Source: Setoptus koraiensis (taxonomy: Eukaryota; Animalia; Arthropoda). Taken from it: a DNA stretch of 64,000 nt. Positions 47,101 to 60,300 of this stretch are shown in pieces (within the stretch, counting starts at the first letter, position 1; each line of letters starts with the position of its first letter). The stretch covers positions 5,022,001-5,086,000 of the forward strand of contig CM106586.1 in assembly GCA_048013815.1 (NCBI GenBank). The letters are read 5' to 3'. The notes under the pieces were generated by a model that was given only the letters and a program-made list of their open reading frames with translations, was not told where the DNA came from and made no database searches. The translations under genes and the position numbers were made by a program.

Positions 47101-47430
47101 GAGCTCGACCTATCTAGCAAGAGGGGTTCAAAAATAGAACTATCTATTAATGATGAAGGAGAGCTTGACAGTGACTTGTATGGTAGTGATATTTATAATA
47201 TCTCAAAGAAACAGTGTTCTCCAACTCGGAACACTCAAAGCCTAAGTTCAAATGTTCCTCTTACGAACGGTAAAAATAAGATATATTTGGAAAGGCACAA
47301 ACTAGATTTAACTCGACATTTGGATTCACAAAGGAATTCTGATTATATGCCCCACGTCTTGGATGTGTCAACTAGAATACATTTCCCTGAAAATCTACAA
47401 CTTCCCACATTGAAGGCAAACTCTGAGTAA
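44169..47430 (+). CDS. shn: Schnurri/HIVEP-like zinc-finger protein; exons 44169-45293, 45421-46489, 46616-47430 (1002 aa as visible, possibly partial)
   Basis: QHITNIISRNSAIV...RKSS resembles the Schnurri/HIVEP H-I-(S/T)-K-L-I-x-x-N-E-A-(I/V)-V motif as I recall it; CCHC finger CKLCRTIFRNLDTLVAHQAHYC. Donors GTGAGA 45294 and GTAATT 46490 and acceptors CAG 45420 and 46615 have matching phases (0,1). Gene model is firm; the name is tentative. Confidence 0.6.
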
Positions 47431-50080
47431 GAGGTGTCAATGGTTAATAAGATTGCTTAGCTAAATCTATTACTGGCACCAAACCGAGTCCTAGAATTTT
47501 TCCGTTATCGAGAGTTAAACGATTCCGGTGAGAATTGCGACTCTAAGTTGTGAATTGATTATACACTAGGATTTTAAATTAAAAAAAATATGCCAAGTCG
47601 GGAGCGCCGACGATTGATCAATCAGGATTATATTTTCACGTTTTCGGCGCTTTTTATAAGACCTAGTTTGACCTATTTACTCGTTGGCTCAACTATGTGA
47701 CTGTTTTTTGATCGACCGTTTCATGCTTAACACGTTTTTTAGTGATATCGGTCTCTCGCCTCTGAATGTTGAAACCGAAGCATTACAAATACCAGGAATA
47801 AGATGTTGGACTGGTTGTTGTCGGTCATGGTTCAGCTCGGTGGGTATATGAACTCAGATAATAACAATGAAAAGTCTAGAGCTTGGATGAGAGCATATAA
47901 AGATGCAACTCAATTGAATTGTGATAAAAATTATTGCTAATATAATATTTATCATGTATGTTTAGTTATCTACTGAAAACATCTAGTCATTGCAGACCTT
48001 AAGTGCAGACCATATGAAGAAGAAGAGAAATAGAGATAAAAATCAAAAATTAGAAGTTGATTGTCTGTGGTTGTTCTGATATTTGGATAGATAATCGTTG
48101 TATCAATTAATTATTGTGCAACAATAGTATTATCTGTGTAAATATACCATTTAGATAAGAAATTCTTAATAAATATATTTTTTCTTCAGCAAGAGGGGAA
48201 GAGAGACAGAGAGTGGTGACATCGCGGCAACTTGAAATAAATGTCAATTGAAATGTTTGATTGAAAATGTGATTAGCACTTCTACTACTGTTTTCGGGGC
48301 AAATTTTGATGCCATCTTAAGTTATATAACGTTAGTGTAGTTTTGTTGTGAGTCTCAGCATCTATTTGATGGATAATGAGAGCCCGGCAAGAATCTATTG
48401 CGATTTGTTACTCTCAGTTTATAGTATATGGTTTACAGTCATTCCTTTAGAACGAGGATCTTGTAAGTTGATTGCGGCAAGCAAAAAGAAGGCACATCAT
48501 GGCATATCTTTCTTTTTATCTAATCTCTAAAACAATTAATTAGTTTCATTAGTTTTACCATTAGCAGACTGTGCAGACCATTAATGACATGCCATAATAT
48601 GTGATAATTTTGGTAAGAGCAGAATGAGGCTGGGACCGTCGCGAAGTTTTATTGCTCTGCCGATAGTTATGGCTACTGACAGAGCTGCCTGAAGGCCGCC
48701 ACTGGTCATGGAGTGATTTACATGAGGAAGCAGTGATGTGGCTGACCACAGAGGGCACTGTCCATGAGAGAGCGATGTTGGCACAACGGTGTCGAAGCAA
48801 CACCGATCAAGGACAGATCGATACAACCAGTGATTTCATGGTGTGTCAGCATTTTACAGAGTAAGAGTGTGTGATATTTTCACACAAATTGATCATAACA
48901 ACAGGTGAAATTATCGAGCGTGAATTGACAACCACTGCTGCCTGTGAGCTATCAGTTCCAGTCAGTTCGGATCGGATCCTATTCGGTGCGATCGAATGGT
49001 TTCGGATGCGATCATATATCATTAAATTATGTATTACGTAACCGTAGGTGTTTGCATTGGAACAGGTCAAGAGTTGTCGCTCGGACTGGAGTATGTGGAC
49101 GGCCCATTGAGACACACCATTCTGACCAGACGTTGCAAGCGCACTACAACATCAACTTGTAATAATGGTGATAATAAAAGCTTACCTGCTGGCGGCCATA
49201 ATGACCCAGGTTGGTGAGTAGCAGCGCCGGGATAGGCGCGAAAGTGTTTACCGAAGCGATAATGTGCATGCGATGTTGTCACTCACAATTATCTCAGTGT
49301 CACTCGAGCATCCTGTCGCTGGGCCGAAAGTCGGCCAAGAAAATCATCGATGCATGCACAAAATTCACATATGTGTGTCCATTACAAATTTCCACTGGCT
49401 GACCGTCAGTTGGCTACCTGTTGGTTGTCGCAATGGCTTGCGAATGGTTCACATGTCGTCGGCACTATTTCTTGCGCAGCCTCGAGAGCCCGGAGAGCCC
49501 GGAGAGCCTAGAGAGCCGCTGCAGCAGTCATAAAGCGCAGCAGTAGAATGTTTGGACAGTTTTGTTGTGTAATAACAATTGTCGTTACGCCGTTTCACCT
49601 GCCGCCCGTTTTGGCTAGCGGCGGTGTGTTGTCCGGTGGTTGCCGGCACATTCTACACCGGACTGGACAGAGGCGGGCCAGGCGAGCCGGGCGACTATCA
49701 ATCAAAAGTGGCGATCGCCATGACGACGACAATAATTAGTCGGTAATGTCGTCGTAATGTTGGCACGTTAATGAATCGCTAGTGGCTGCCAGCGAGTAGC
49801 AGCGACTAGCAGCGACTAGCACACGAGAGGCCAAATTGTTGCGAGTCGGGGACACACAAGAATCTGGCGTGCAAATTGTGTTTAGTGTTCGAGCGCAACA
49901 GTTTCGTTTGATTGGCGCACCAGTGTCGTACGCGAACCGGTGCGCCGCGCCGCGCGAACAACGACAGGTGAGCAACGACAGGTGAATAGCAGCATCATTT
50001 TGCAGCCTGTTGACGGTGTGTGCAGATGAAGACATTGTGCTGCCGGCGCATAATGGGCCAGTTTGAGCATGCTGCCGCTC

Positions 50081-50116
<36 letters not shown>
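50081..50116. repeat. (ATG)12 microsatellite
   Basis: Read directly. Confidence 0.95.
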
Positions 50117-50770
50117 TGATCTGTTCCAGAGACACATTTCACGTTATCATTACGGCAGTGTTACAATGTGAGTTGTATTTGTTTAATGCTCGATGATAAC
50201 CGTTGCAATTGGTTTGCGCCGCCTCGAAAATGGCCGCCGCTCGCTGCCCACCGACCATTAATACCACTATTAATAGCAACGGCAACCGCAACAAGCGCAC
50301 CACCAGCACCACCAGCATCAACGGCAACAACAGCGGCAACAGCGGCAACAGCGGCAACAGCGGCAACAACAACGGCGCAACAGGTGAACTGGCCAGCGAG
50401 GAATGCGCGCCGGCTCGTTAGCGAGTTGTTGGCCTGTTGCGAGCAACAATGTGATTGAATCATATTCATCATGGCCAGCGCCATGAGCACGTATGCCGAT
50501 GATAGAATCTTTTCTTTTATGCCTCATTTATGCACATGGCAACATTTAAACTTTATGATTGATCGGTGCCGGCCAATGTCGGATTTGCCACTTGTTTCGC
50601 TTCTCGAGTCGTTCGAGTTGTTCGCTGCTCTCTGTTCGCTGTTTTGTGTTCGTTGTTCGAGCTGTTCGCGCCGCTCGAGCCGCTCGAGTTGGCGCGGTGG
50701 CTTCGCGGCGGCTCAGCAGTCGGCTCGGCTGGGCCGTTGCCGCAGCTTGCAGCCCTCGTCCGAGCCGGCC

Positions 50771-50832
50771 TCCGATCATCAGAGTCCGATCATCAGAGTC
50801 CGATCATCAGAGTCTGATCATCAGAGTCTGAT
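50771..50832. repeat. 14-bp tandem repeat (TCCGATCATCAGAG x4.4)
   Basis: Read directly. Confidence 0.9.
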
Positions 50833-53800
50833 GTGACTCAAATCATCGAGCTGGCCTTTCGTTTGAGCGGGCGCTCTCATGATGAGAGTCTCACGCGGAC
50901 GTCGCAACGTCGGCCGGAGCGAGCGCAACAATGTAAAAGGCGCCATTATAATCGCTTGATATATTTGATCGTCATCTGACACACAGCGCTCTTTGTTATA
51001 GTTATCTCACATGCGGTTACATACTTGCTAGTTACATGTAGCATGTATTAAATGGTTGCGTCGCATTATGTGGCCGCATCTCGCCGTGGCCGCATCTCGC
51101 TGTGGCCGCATCTCGGCACTCGTGGGCAGTGCGTATGGCCAGTGTGGCACTTGTGAGTCACAGGTTGCGATGCTGGCGAGAATTGCGAGCATCGCCGGAC
51201 AGGTAGTTGGCATTAACATTGAATGCTGGTCGCTGCTGCTGTTGCTGTTGCCGCTGTTGCCGCTGTTGCTGCTGCTGCTGTTGTTGTCGAATGGGGCAAC
51301 AAGTGGCTACTCCTACGCCACTTGACTGGCAGCCACTAATGGGCCATGATGAGCACTGTCAGTGGCGTCTGTCGGGCCAGCAGCAGCAGGCGCGTTTGAT
51401 TTGATTGAGCTCGTCTAATTATAATGGCCACAACAAGCATCATCTTAATCACGGCTGCGTCGTTTTGATCGCGTCGCCGTCTCGCGCGCTCCGATCGACG
51501 ATTGTTCACACAAGCTGTTGATGTTGTTGTTGCTGTTGTTGTTGCCGCTGTCGGGCAACGATTAAATTCTCTGGTTGCAGGCGCATTGTGCAACCAGACG
51601 GTGCGCATGTTGAGTGGTTTAGCCGGCAGCAACAATCAACAGGTTAATGAGTTGTTGCGGCCAGTCGCTGTGCAATAATTGGCGCATTGGCAATATTTGT
51701 TTCCAGTTCGATTCATCATGGCCACTCGTTGCCTGTGCCGGCCAGATTATGCGGCTCTCGCTCTCGATGAGCGACTCTTAACTTATCTCTCATTGGCGCT
51801 GCCGTTGTTGTTGCTCTCGGCTGGTTGCTCGTTGGCCGTGGCTCGATGCTTGTTGCTCGTTGCTTGTCGGTGTCGGTAAGCACTGGGCGATAATCCGTCG
51901 GCTACCGATAAGCTGGCCACGCTAAGGCCACGCCAATTGATATGACGCAACAAGAGCCAACGAGAGCCAACAAAAGCCAACATGTTGTTGTTAGTTGGCA
52001 GCGGCGCTCGCAGTGGCGCTAGTGGGCTCGTCCAACATTTTGTTAGTAACAAGTAACAGACAATTGGTGCCAATATGGCGCATATGGGGCCCGATGGCGC
52101 TTGTTGGCGCTGCACGAAATGTCATCAGCATGCACCAGAATCGCCCATGCTGATCATGTTGAGACTTGGCCGCTAGTCGCATCGTTGCAGCTCGACAGCG
52201 CTGCAAACAGGCACTTGTGGCGACGGATAATTGATTGTCATAATTGTTTGCAGCAGCGCACTGCGCTCGTGCGGCACGAGTCGTGCGTCGTGTGCGTCGG
52301 GTGCGTCGTGTGCGTCGGGTGCGAGCTTGGCAACCAGAGTCAACGCGCGAGTGGCAACACGTGCGAGCAAATATTATTAGAGTGGCACGCATGAACGATA
52401 ATAATGGGCCGCTGTGTTGTGATGGTCGCACTGTGACACTGTCAGACTGACAGTGACTGTCGGACTGACAGTCACTGTCAAAGTGACAGTGTCTGTGCTC
52501 GCTGTCGAATCGCAAACGCGAGCCAGCGAGAGCCTCTCGCCGGCATGTAGTCGCAGCCACGTTGTTGCCAGTTGGCCAGTTGTTGCAGGCGAGTTGTCGC
52601 ATTTCCGATTGTTTGCGGCTGTGCGTTCGCCACTGACTCTCGCGAGCGCTGCTGGCCAGCGGAATGCGCTGGCTGGACGTGGCCTGAGGGGGCCAGTGCG
52701 TGGCGAGTAGCGCACATATTTGTTCAATCGCACTTGTGCGCCGCACGTTATCCGTTGGCGCTCAGCGTCGCTAATCAACGAGCCCGGCAAGTGATTGTTG
52801 TTTGCATGTCGGCGCACTGGCTGATTGGTTGTGGCCGCAGTCTGCCGAGCATCCACCAATCGGCAACAACCAACCACCAAAAGGCAACAACCGGCAACAA
52901 GCAATCAAGCAACGAGCAATCGGGCGCAGAGCGACGTGAAACAAGCGCGACGAGATGATTATTGGTCCATTTTGGGCCGTCGCTTGCAGCATGTCGATAC
53001 CAACAAGAACGGTAATTGATCTCCGGCGCGCTCACCGCCGACGATCGTCCACTGGACAGTCGATAGTATCCACTCAGTCGATAGTATCCACTGGACGGTA
53101 CCCGTTGGACGGTATCCACTGGACAGTGTGCAGTCGTCGGCAGACACAATTGGCACTGTCCGAGAATCGCCACTGAGATGCGAGTCACCGTCCACGAGCT
53201 GCTGGCTAGCTCGTCCGCCGCTCACTTATAACGGCGGCCGGTTGGCCCGTGCGCCGCACGGTGCGCGCTGGGCACCGTGCGGTATTTCCATTTGTATATA
53301 TTTGTATGTATTTAAATGTATTTATTTGTGGCGCTCATGTGGGCCGCTTGGCGTCGCCGGGCCACATGAGCCACCGAGCGCCGTCAAGTGGCGCATGCGA
53401 TGGCGCGCCGGACAGGCACCACCAATCGATCATTGACAAGCTGCCCGATTGTGCTCGTTGGGGCTCGCTCATTGAGCTCATTGGGCTCACTGGGCTCACT
53501 GGGCTCACTGGGCTCACTGAGCTCACTGAGCTAGCGGCCGCTGCGAGCCGGTGGCCGCGCACCGACCGGCCGCGCACTCACGAGGCACTCACAAGGCACT
53601 CACAAGGCACTCAGTGGCCATCAATCAAGCGGGCGAGCCAACGGGCCGGCGGCCGGCGTGTGAACGTCGCTCGGGGCTGTGCCACCGAACGCCAATCAGC
53701 GCCAACAAATCAGCAACAACCGGCCGGCAGCAGCCAGCGGCAACCGGCGGCAACCGGCGGCAACCAACCGACAACAAATCAATAACGAACCCACAACAAA

Positions 53801-56800
53801 CCGACAACAACAACCGACAACAACAGACCGACGACAACAACAAACCGGCGACAACAACAACAACAGCAGCAACAACAACGACAACAACAACGGGCCGCAA
53901 AACAAATCAGCGCCGCCAGCAAGTGCCAGCCAGCGACACGCAAAGACAAAGCGGCCAACGGCGGCCAGCGGCAGCGGGCCGGCGAGCCAGTGCCGCGGGC
54001 CCGAGCATCGAGCCGCCAGTGCGCGCGAGAGCGCGCTGACCGCGCCCTCGGAAGTGGCCACTTTCGGCTCGCCGGAACGAATGCGCGATCGAATGCCGTT
54101 CGCGCTGCGCGGCGTGTCACCAACACGGTGTCGGGTATGCTACCTGTGCGTGGTTATTTTCTCTTGTGAGAGTCGCACAGCGCTCAACTCTTGCCACTCA
54201 CCTGTTGCCGGCTGTTGGCGACGCGAGCGCCACCACTAGCGACAGTGGAGACTCTCGAGTTGAGACTCGCAAGTTGAGACTCTCAGGTTGAGGGTGTCGA
54301 GCGGACGGTCGCCGCTGTCGTTAGGACGGTCGCCAGTCGGAGCGGCAGCCGCCGACTCAACGGGTTCTCGGAGCGACCCGCGTCGCCCGACCGGCCGCGC
54401 GCCACGCAGCCATAAATTAGCCGCTCGCCAGCGTCCAGTCGGCAGCGTCCAGTTGGCCGTGTTTGTTTTGCAGTTGACAGTCGCCACTCTCGCCGCTGCA
54501 CTCTCGATCGATGCACCGCGCACCGTGCACCGATGCACCGCGCACCAGTCCGAAATGGACCGAGGCACCGGCTCGAATGGACGGGCGCACCAGTTCGATT
54601 CGGACTGTTCGAATGCGGCGATGCGCCGGCCGCCGTGCAGCGGCGACCGGCCGAGCGCGGACGCGACTCGCCACCGATGACAGTGCCTGCGACAGGCCGA
54701 TAAGCAGGCATAAATAAATAAATGGGCGATAACGCCGATAATGCGCTCGGTGCCGTCGCATTCTATCGTAGCCGGCACCGCATGCGCCCGCTGCCCGCGA
54801 TCGGCCGCTTATCCGATCTTCGGACTCGCTTATTCGATCTCCGTCCGCCCGTCCGATCGCCAAATCGTCCGATCGCCGGATCGTCCGCTCGTCGGACTGG
54901 CCGCGCGACCGCCAGCCACTGGCCAACTGGCCGCTAATCAAGTTGCGCTCCGCGGCGCAGCGGCCGGCACCGCGAGCGAGGCCATAAATTAAGCGAGCGA
55001 CGGCTCATAAAGACGTCACACGGCAGCCACGTCTCAGCGCGCCGGAGCCATTGTTGTCAGCTGTGGCCGAGCCTTGCGCGATTGTTTGCGTTCGGGGTTC
55101 GGCGTTCGTCGCGAGCGTTCGGCGTTCCGCGTTCCGCGCTGCTCGCTGGTCGCGAGAGTCCGGCGCTAAACGATAAACGATAAACGATAAATGACTTTCC
55201 ATAAATGAGTGTCGCACTCGCAATTGAGCGGCCAATTGCCGGGCAGAGCGGATTGAGCGAGCCGACGCGCCAACCCGAAGCGTTGAAGGCAGCCGGCGCA
55301 GCCGACAGCAGAAGCCAACGTGGGCCAATATTGACCACCGCTGGCCGCATATCGGCGCGATTGGCCGTGCGGCCAGAAAAATGCCTGTGCCATGCGGCGA
55401 ATGTGGCGCATATCGCGCCGCACGGACAAACACACAAGCTCACCTGTGTCAACAGGCGCTTGTTGACCGTGGGCGCGCCGAGTTAATTCGTCGCGCCGGG
55501 TGACAGTCGGTTCAGTTGGCCGCTTGGTGCAGTTGGCGAGCAGTTGTTGTGGACGCCAACAGCCGAATTTGCCACTGGCCAACGCGAATCGTTTGCCAGT
55601 GGCGAGCGGCCAACAATCAGCGATTATTGTTATCGGTGTACCCACTGTTTACGCTCAACAAGTCAATTGGCCAATTGACAGTCGTCGGATTAGTTTACCT
55701 GGCGCAACGGCCGTTGCGCCAGGTAAACGCCGGAACAGCGAGCAATCGATTTATCGCTGTTGATTATTCGTTTATTTTCAGCGTTTATTATTTATGCCGT
55801 CGCCGCGGTCGCCGCCGCTGGTCACCGCTGGTCACCGCCGCCGCTGATAGCCACTGGTGGCCTGTGGCCAGTGTGACTCACACTGATCACGCAGTTTGTG
55901 TGACTGTGGCCAGTTGGGGGCGCTTGCTTGTGCGGCGTGGCAAATCACCTGTCGCTATCATTACGTAATATTGCATGGCCCGGCGCGCCTGGCACACGGG
56001 TGAGTGGCGCAATACTGCGAGCAGTGTCGTGGTAACAGGTAGTGGTCAGCGGGCTCTTGTTGGCCCACAGATGGCGCGCGCTGGCCGCCAATCTGCTCGT
56101 GGCCGGACCGGCAGCAATGGCAAAGTGGATCGACAGCCAACTGAGTCAGCAGTGGAGCGAATCGATGGCGACCGAGTCGAAGGAGCGCAAAGAGACGCAC
56201 AACACCAACGAAACGCGCAACAGCGACGAAACGCACAACAGCGACGACACGCACAACAGCGACGACACGCAAGGAACGTGAAGAAACGCGAGCGACGCAA
56301 AGAAACGCGATATGAGCCGTGGATGCGAAGGCGCAATCAGCGATTGCACAATCGGCGAACGCGCAATCGGCGAACGCGAACATGGCGTGATGGCGCAATG
56401 CAAACACGCGACGACACAACGCGTGTCAGCATGTTGCGCGCATTGTTGAGATCGATGGGAGCCGCCGGTGAGAAAATATCCAATATCGATGGCCTTTTTG
56501 CAACACTGACACTGCGCTGCTGACACTGCGCTGCTGACACTGCAACAATGACACGGCAACAATGACACTGCGACATTGATACTGCAACATTGATAGCGCC
56601 ACACTGATACCGTATGGCACCGATACTGTGCGCCAGTAATGACAACAAAATGGCAGCGGCCATCGTTGACAGCGGCGGCCGGCTACAATTGGCCACTGCG
56701 GGCCCCGATTGGGCTGAGCAGCCCAACTGCGAGCAGGGGCCCAATTGCGAGCAGGAGCCCAATGGCGAGTAGAGACCGAACTGCGAGGAGACATCGAACT

Positions 56801-57284
56801 GCGAGGAGACATCGAACTGCGAGGAGAGGCCCGAGTCGAAGGAGAAGTGCGCTAATTTGCATACTAATACCGATAATAAGGCACTAATGCCAACGCTGAT
56901 ACTAATGCCGATATTTATGTATTTGTGCGCATTAATGGTGCGTGTTTGTTTGGCGACGCGGCCCCCGTCGCCCTAATACCAACACAGCACAATCACCGTG
57001 CCACAGTGTTGCTAATGGGCAATCTGGTGGCTCTCGCAGCGTCGCTCAACTCATTTTAATATGATATCAACGATAGTATCAATTTGGTATTATGCCATCG
57101 CAATGCCATCGCAACGCTATCGAGGGCTGCCTATGCGCGCCTAGCGTGCGAGCCCAAGTCGCGCAAAAGTCGCAAACATTCATCAGCATAATGCCCGCTG
57201 TATGAGAAGTTATATGAGAAGTGTGTTGGTGCGTTGCGCAACATCCGGCCCAGCCGAGGCGGACATTGAGCGCGAAATTGCGCA

Positions 57285-57372
57285 AAATCGATCGACGAAA
57301 CTGCGCGAAATCGATCGACGAAACTGCGCGAAATCGATCGACGAAACTGCGCGAAATCGATCGACGAAACTG
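57285..57372. repeat. 23-bp tandem repeat (AAATCGATCGACGAAACTGCGCG x3.8)
   Basis: Read directly. Confidence 0.9.
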
Positions 57373-60300
57373 TTTTTTTTTGTCACGAGAATGATCGCGT
57401 GACACCGCGCTGACCACGCTTGCACCTGTTGTTGGTCGTCTGCGGCGTGCACGTGCTGGCAAGCTACAATAATTTCAATTGCCAATGAATCAATTGTTGC
57501 CCGTGCAGCGCGGTGCAGCGCGGTGCAAATCGACGAAAAGCAACGAAAAGCGGTGCAGAGCCAAGGTGAGCCGCCCGGTGCGCGTCTTGGGGCACGGAGC
57601 CAGGCAGCAAACGCAATTAGGCTCACCTTGCGCCACTCGTCGGCTCCATTAGCGCTTCAACGCATTAGCCCATTAGCGATAATTTGGCCGAGCGGCCCAA
57701 TTATGGGGCCAGCGTCGCGTTAACAACATGCGACAACTGACAGCGACATTCAATGCGCGGACATTGTCCGATTGGGACTCGCAATTTGTGAGCCAATTGC
57801 ACACAAATCGCACACAGATTGCGCATCGCCAGTAGCGCCAGTAGCGCCAGTAGCGCCAGAGGTAGTTAGTGGCAGTCGGCTGGCATCGGCCATGATATAT
57901 GTGGTATTAGTTGTCGCGCCCCTTGCAAATCGCATGCAACAATGGGCACACGGTGCCCGTTGCACGGCAGCCAGCGGTGACAGTGTGTGTGTGGTTGTTG
58001 TTGTAGTTGGTTGTATTGCAGTTGAAAGTGGGCACGACCGGCCCGACCGAACAAGGGAAGCCACAGGGGCGACAGCCAGAGAAGCCCGAGACGCGCGAGA
58101 GCCGGAGAAGCCCGAGAGCCGGAGACGCGCGAGAAGCGAAGGAATGGCCCAGTTGCGAGAACACTAAAAAAGGCCAACTGACGAGCGAACAAGGGGGGCC
58201 AGCGCACACAAACAACATGCAAATGAGGGGCCTGAGCTGACACTAATGGTAATTGTTGGCCGAGCCTTATGCTCCGTTGTGGCCAATTTGGCCGCTGCTT
58301 CGGCGGCTCGCGCTGGCCGCATCTGCCGGCAACAGTTCGCAGCCCGACATAAGTAGGCTTCGAACGCTGCTCGTGCAATTCGGAGCGATTCGAAGCTCTC
58401 GGCTCGCAGTTCGAAGCTCTCGGTTCGCAGCGCGCAGCTCTCAGTTGGCAGTCGGCGGTGCGCGGCCCGAAGCCAAGAATTCTCTCATGGTCGCTCCTTC
58501 CAATTCATTTCATTTTATTTCGTTTCGTTGTTATTTTATTGATCAGTTTACATTGTGCGCTCGCTCGAACCGGCAACTCGAGCCACTTGGACGCGAACTG
58601 TTCGGGGGGCGCGCACCAGCGGAGCTGCTCTTTTCACCACGGGCTAATCTCGGCCTGCGAATCTATCGCTCTCTATCGCTTCTTCGCTGCCCCTCGGCTT
58701 CTGGCCGCTGTCGTCACCGTTGCTGTTGCTGTTGCTGTTGTCGCAGTCGCTGTTGCTGTCGTCGCCCGGCGTCCAGTTACCCGGCGCAGAAGCCTGAGAA
58801 CAGCTGAGGAGATTCGGTAGCGATCGCGCGCATTCTTTCGTCGCCGCAGCGTCTTTCGGCAGCGTCTTTCGGCAGCGTCTTTCGGCAGCGTCTCTCGGCG
58901 ACGTCTCCCAGCAGCCTCTGCTGGCGGCCTCCGCCGGCCCGCCGGCCCGCCAGCGCCACCCAATTGAAATCCGTCGTCGCCAATTGTGGCTCAGATTTAC
59001 TCAAACATTCGCAGATTTATCAAATTCAGCGACACACAATTGATTGGCATCGGCACAACAATGGGCCCAGGGTAAACACGCCGAAATTGTCACTGCGAAC
59101 TGTCCCGTGCTCAACTGTCTCGCATCGGCGCTCGCTACTGTGCGGCGCTGTCCGATGCCCGACGCGCCCGACGCTGCAGTGTGGCGACAGTGTCCAGTTC
59201 GCGGCGCACAAACAAATGAGCAGCTAATCGCCAGTGGCACTTTATCGGCCGCGAATTCCTTCACGAGCGCGGCGCGGCCGCGTTCGCGCCGACGGGCAAA
59301 CAAGCTTCTCTGTGACACTGTCACAGTGACAGGGGCTCTGTTCGGCTTGCAACAACAATAACCGACCAGATATCTATCAGATACTGACAACAATAACACT
59401 AATAATAACTCTATAGCGATAATTCGGGGGCTCGTGCAATTGCCCGTGCGTCGTGTTTACCTGCGCACCAGTGGATCACCGCCAGTGTGACATACTACAT
59501 TTGCAGTTTATACACTCGCGCGCGCTGCGCATTTGGCCCGCATCAACTGGTGGCCGCGCCACTGGCAAATTGTTTTGTGCCGGCCCGTAGCGCACAATGA
59601 GCGGCCATTTGTCACCACCAACACCTCTAATGATGCGCATAACGGTATCTCCGCACCGTGGTGCACAATGGTGCAGCATGGTGCCACTGTTCATCAGCGG
59701 GCACCCGGCCGGCCGGCGTCGGGCATCGGTTTTCCGCTGACCGCCGCTGACCGCCGCTAACAACCGTTGACAGCAGCTGACGCAGTCTTCCCGACCGATC
59801 GACGTCGCTAGTCCAGCCGGCCCGGCGAGCCCCCTGACGCGCCCACCGGCGAGCCCGCCGACGAGCGGCACCAGCAAGCAGCAAGTAATAAGTAGCAATG
59901 GCGATTGGCTACCCAGCGGCCGCATCGCTCGCAGCGAGCGGCTCGCTGCCCAGAGCCGGTACGAGCTGATACGATCGATGCCGCGTCCAGCGAACGTGCG
60001 CGTTTGTCCGCGGCCCGAGCGATCGGATAAGCGACTCGCAAATCGGCGGGCGCATTGTTGTGACGGGCCCAGCGCTGGCTGCAATTCTAATTGGCCGCCC
60101 GCAACTGACCACTTACAACCGGCCACTTGTAGCCACCTACAGCGGCCGACAACAGCGACAACGGGCGATAACGGCCAGAGGGCGCAAATATGGTACCGCC
60201 AGTGAGTGAGCCGGCCACCGTGAGCGCCGGCGCTGACACGGTGCCGTCGCAACATATCAGCGGCACATCAACATGCCAGCGTGGTGACATTTGATGATTT

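Noticed and set aside
51991-60255. Long ORFs such as 51991-52746 (251 aa) and 59476-60255 (259 aa) and the many overlapping 100-190 aa ORFs
   Set aside because: R/A/S/C-biased translations of tandem repeats, open on both strands, with no motifs or splice-supported structure.
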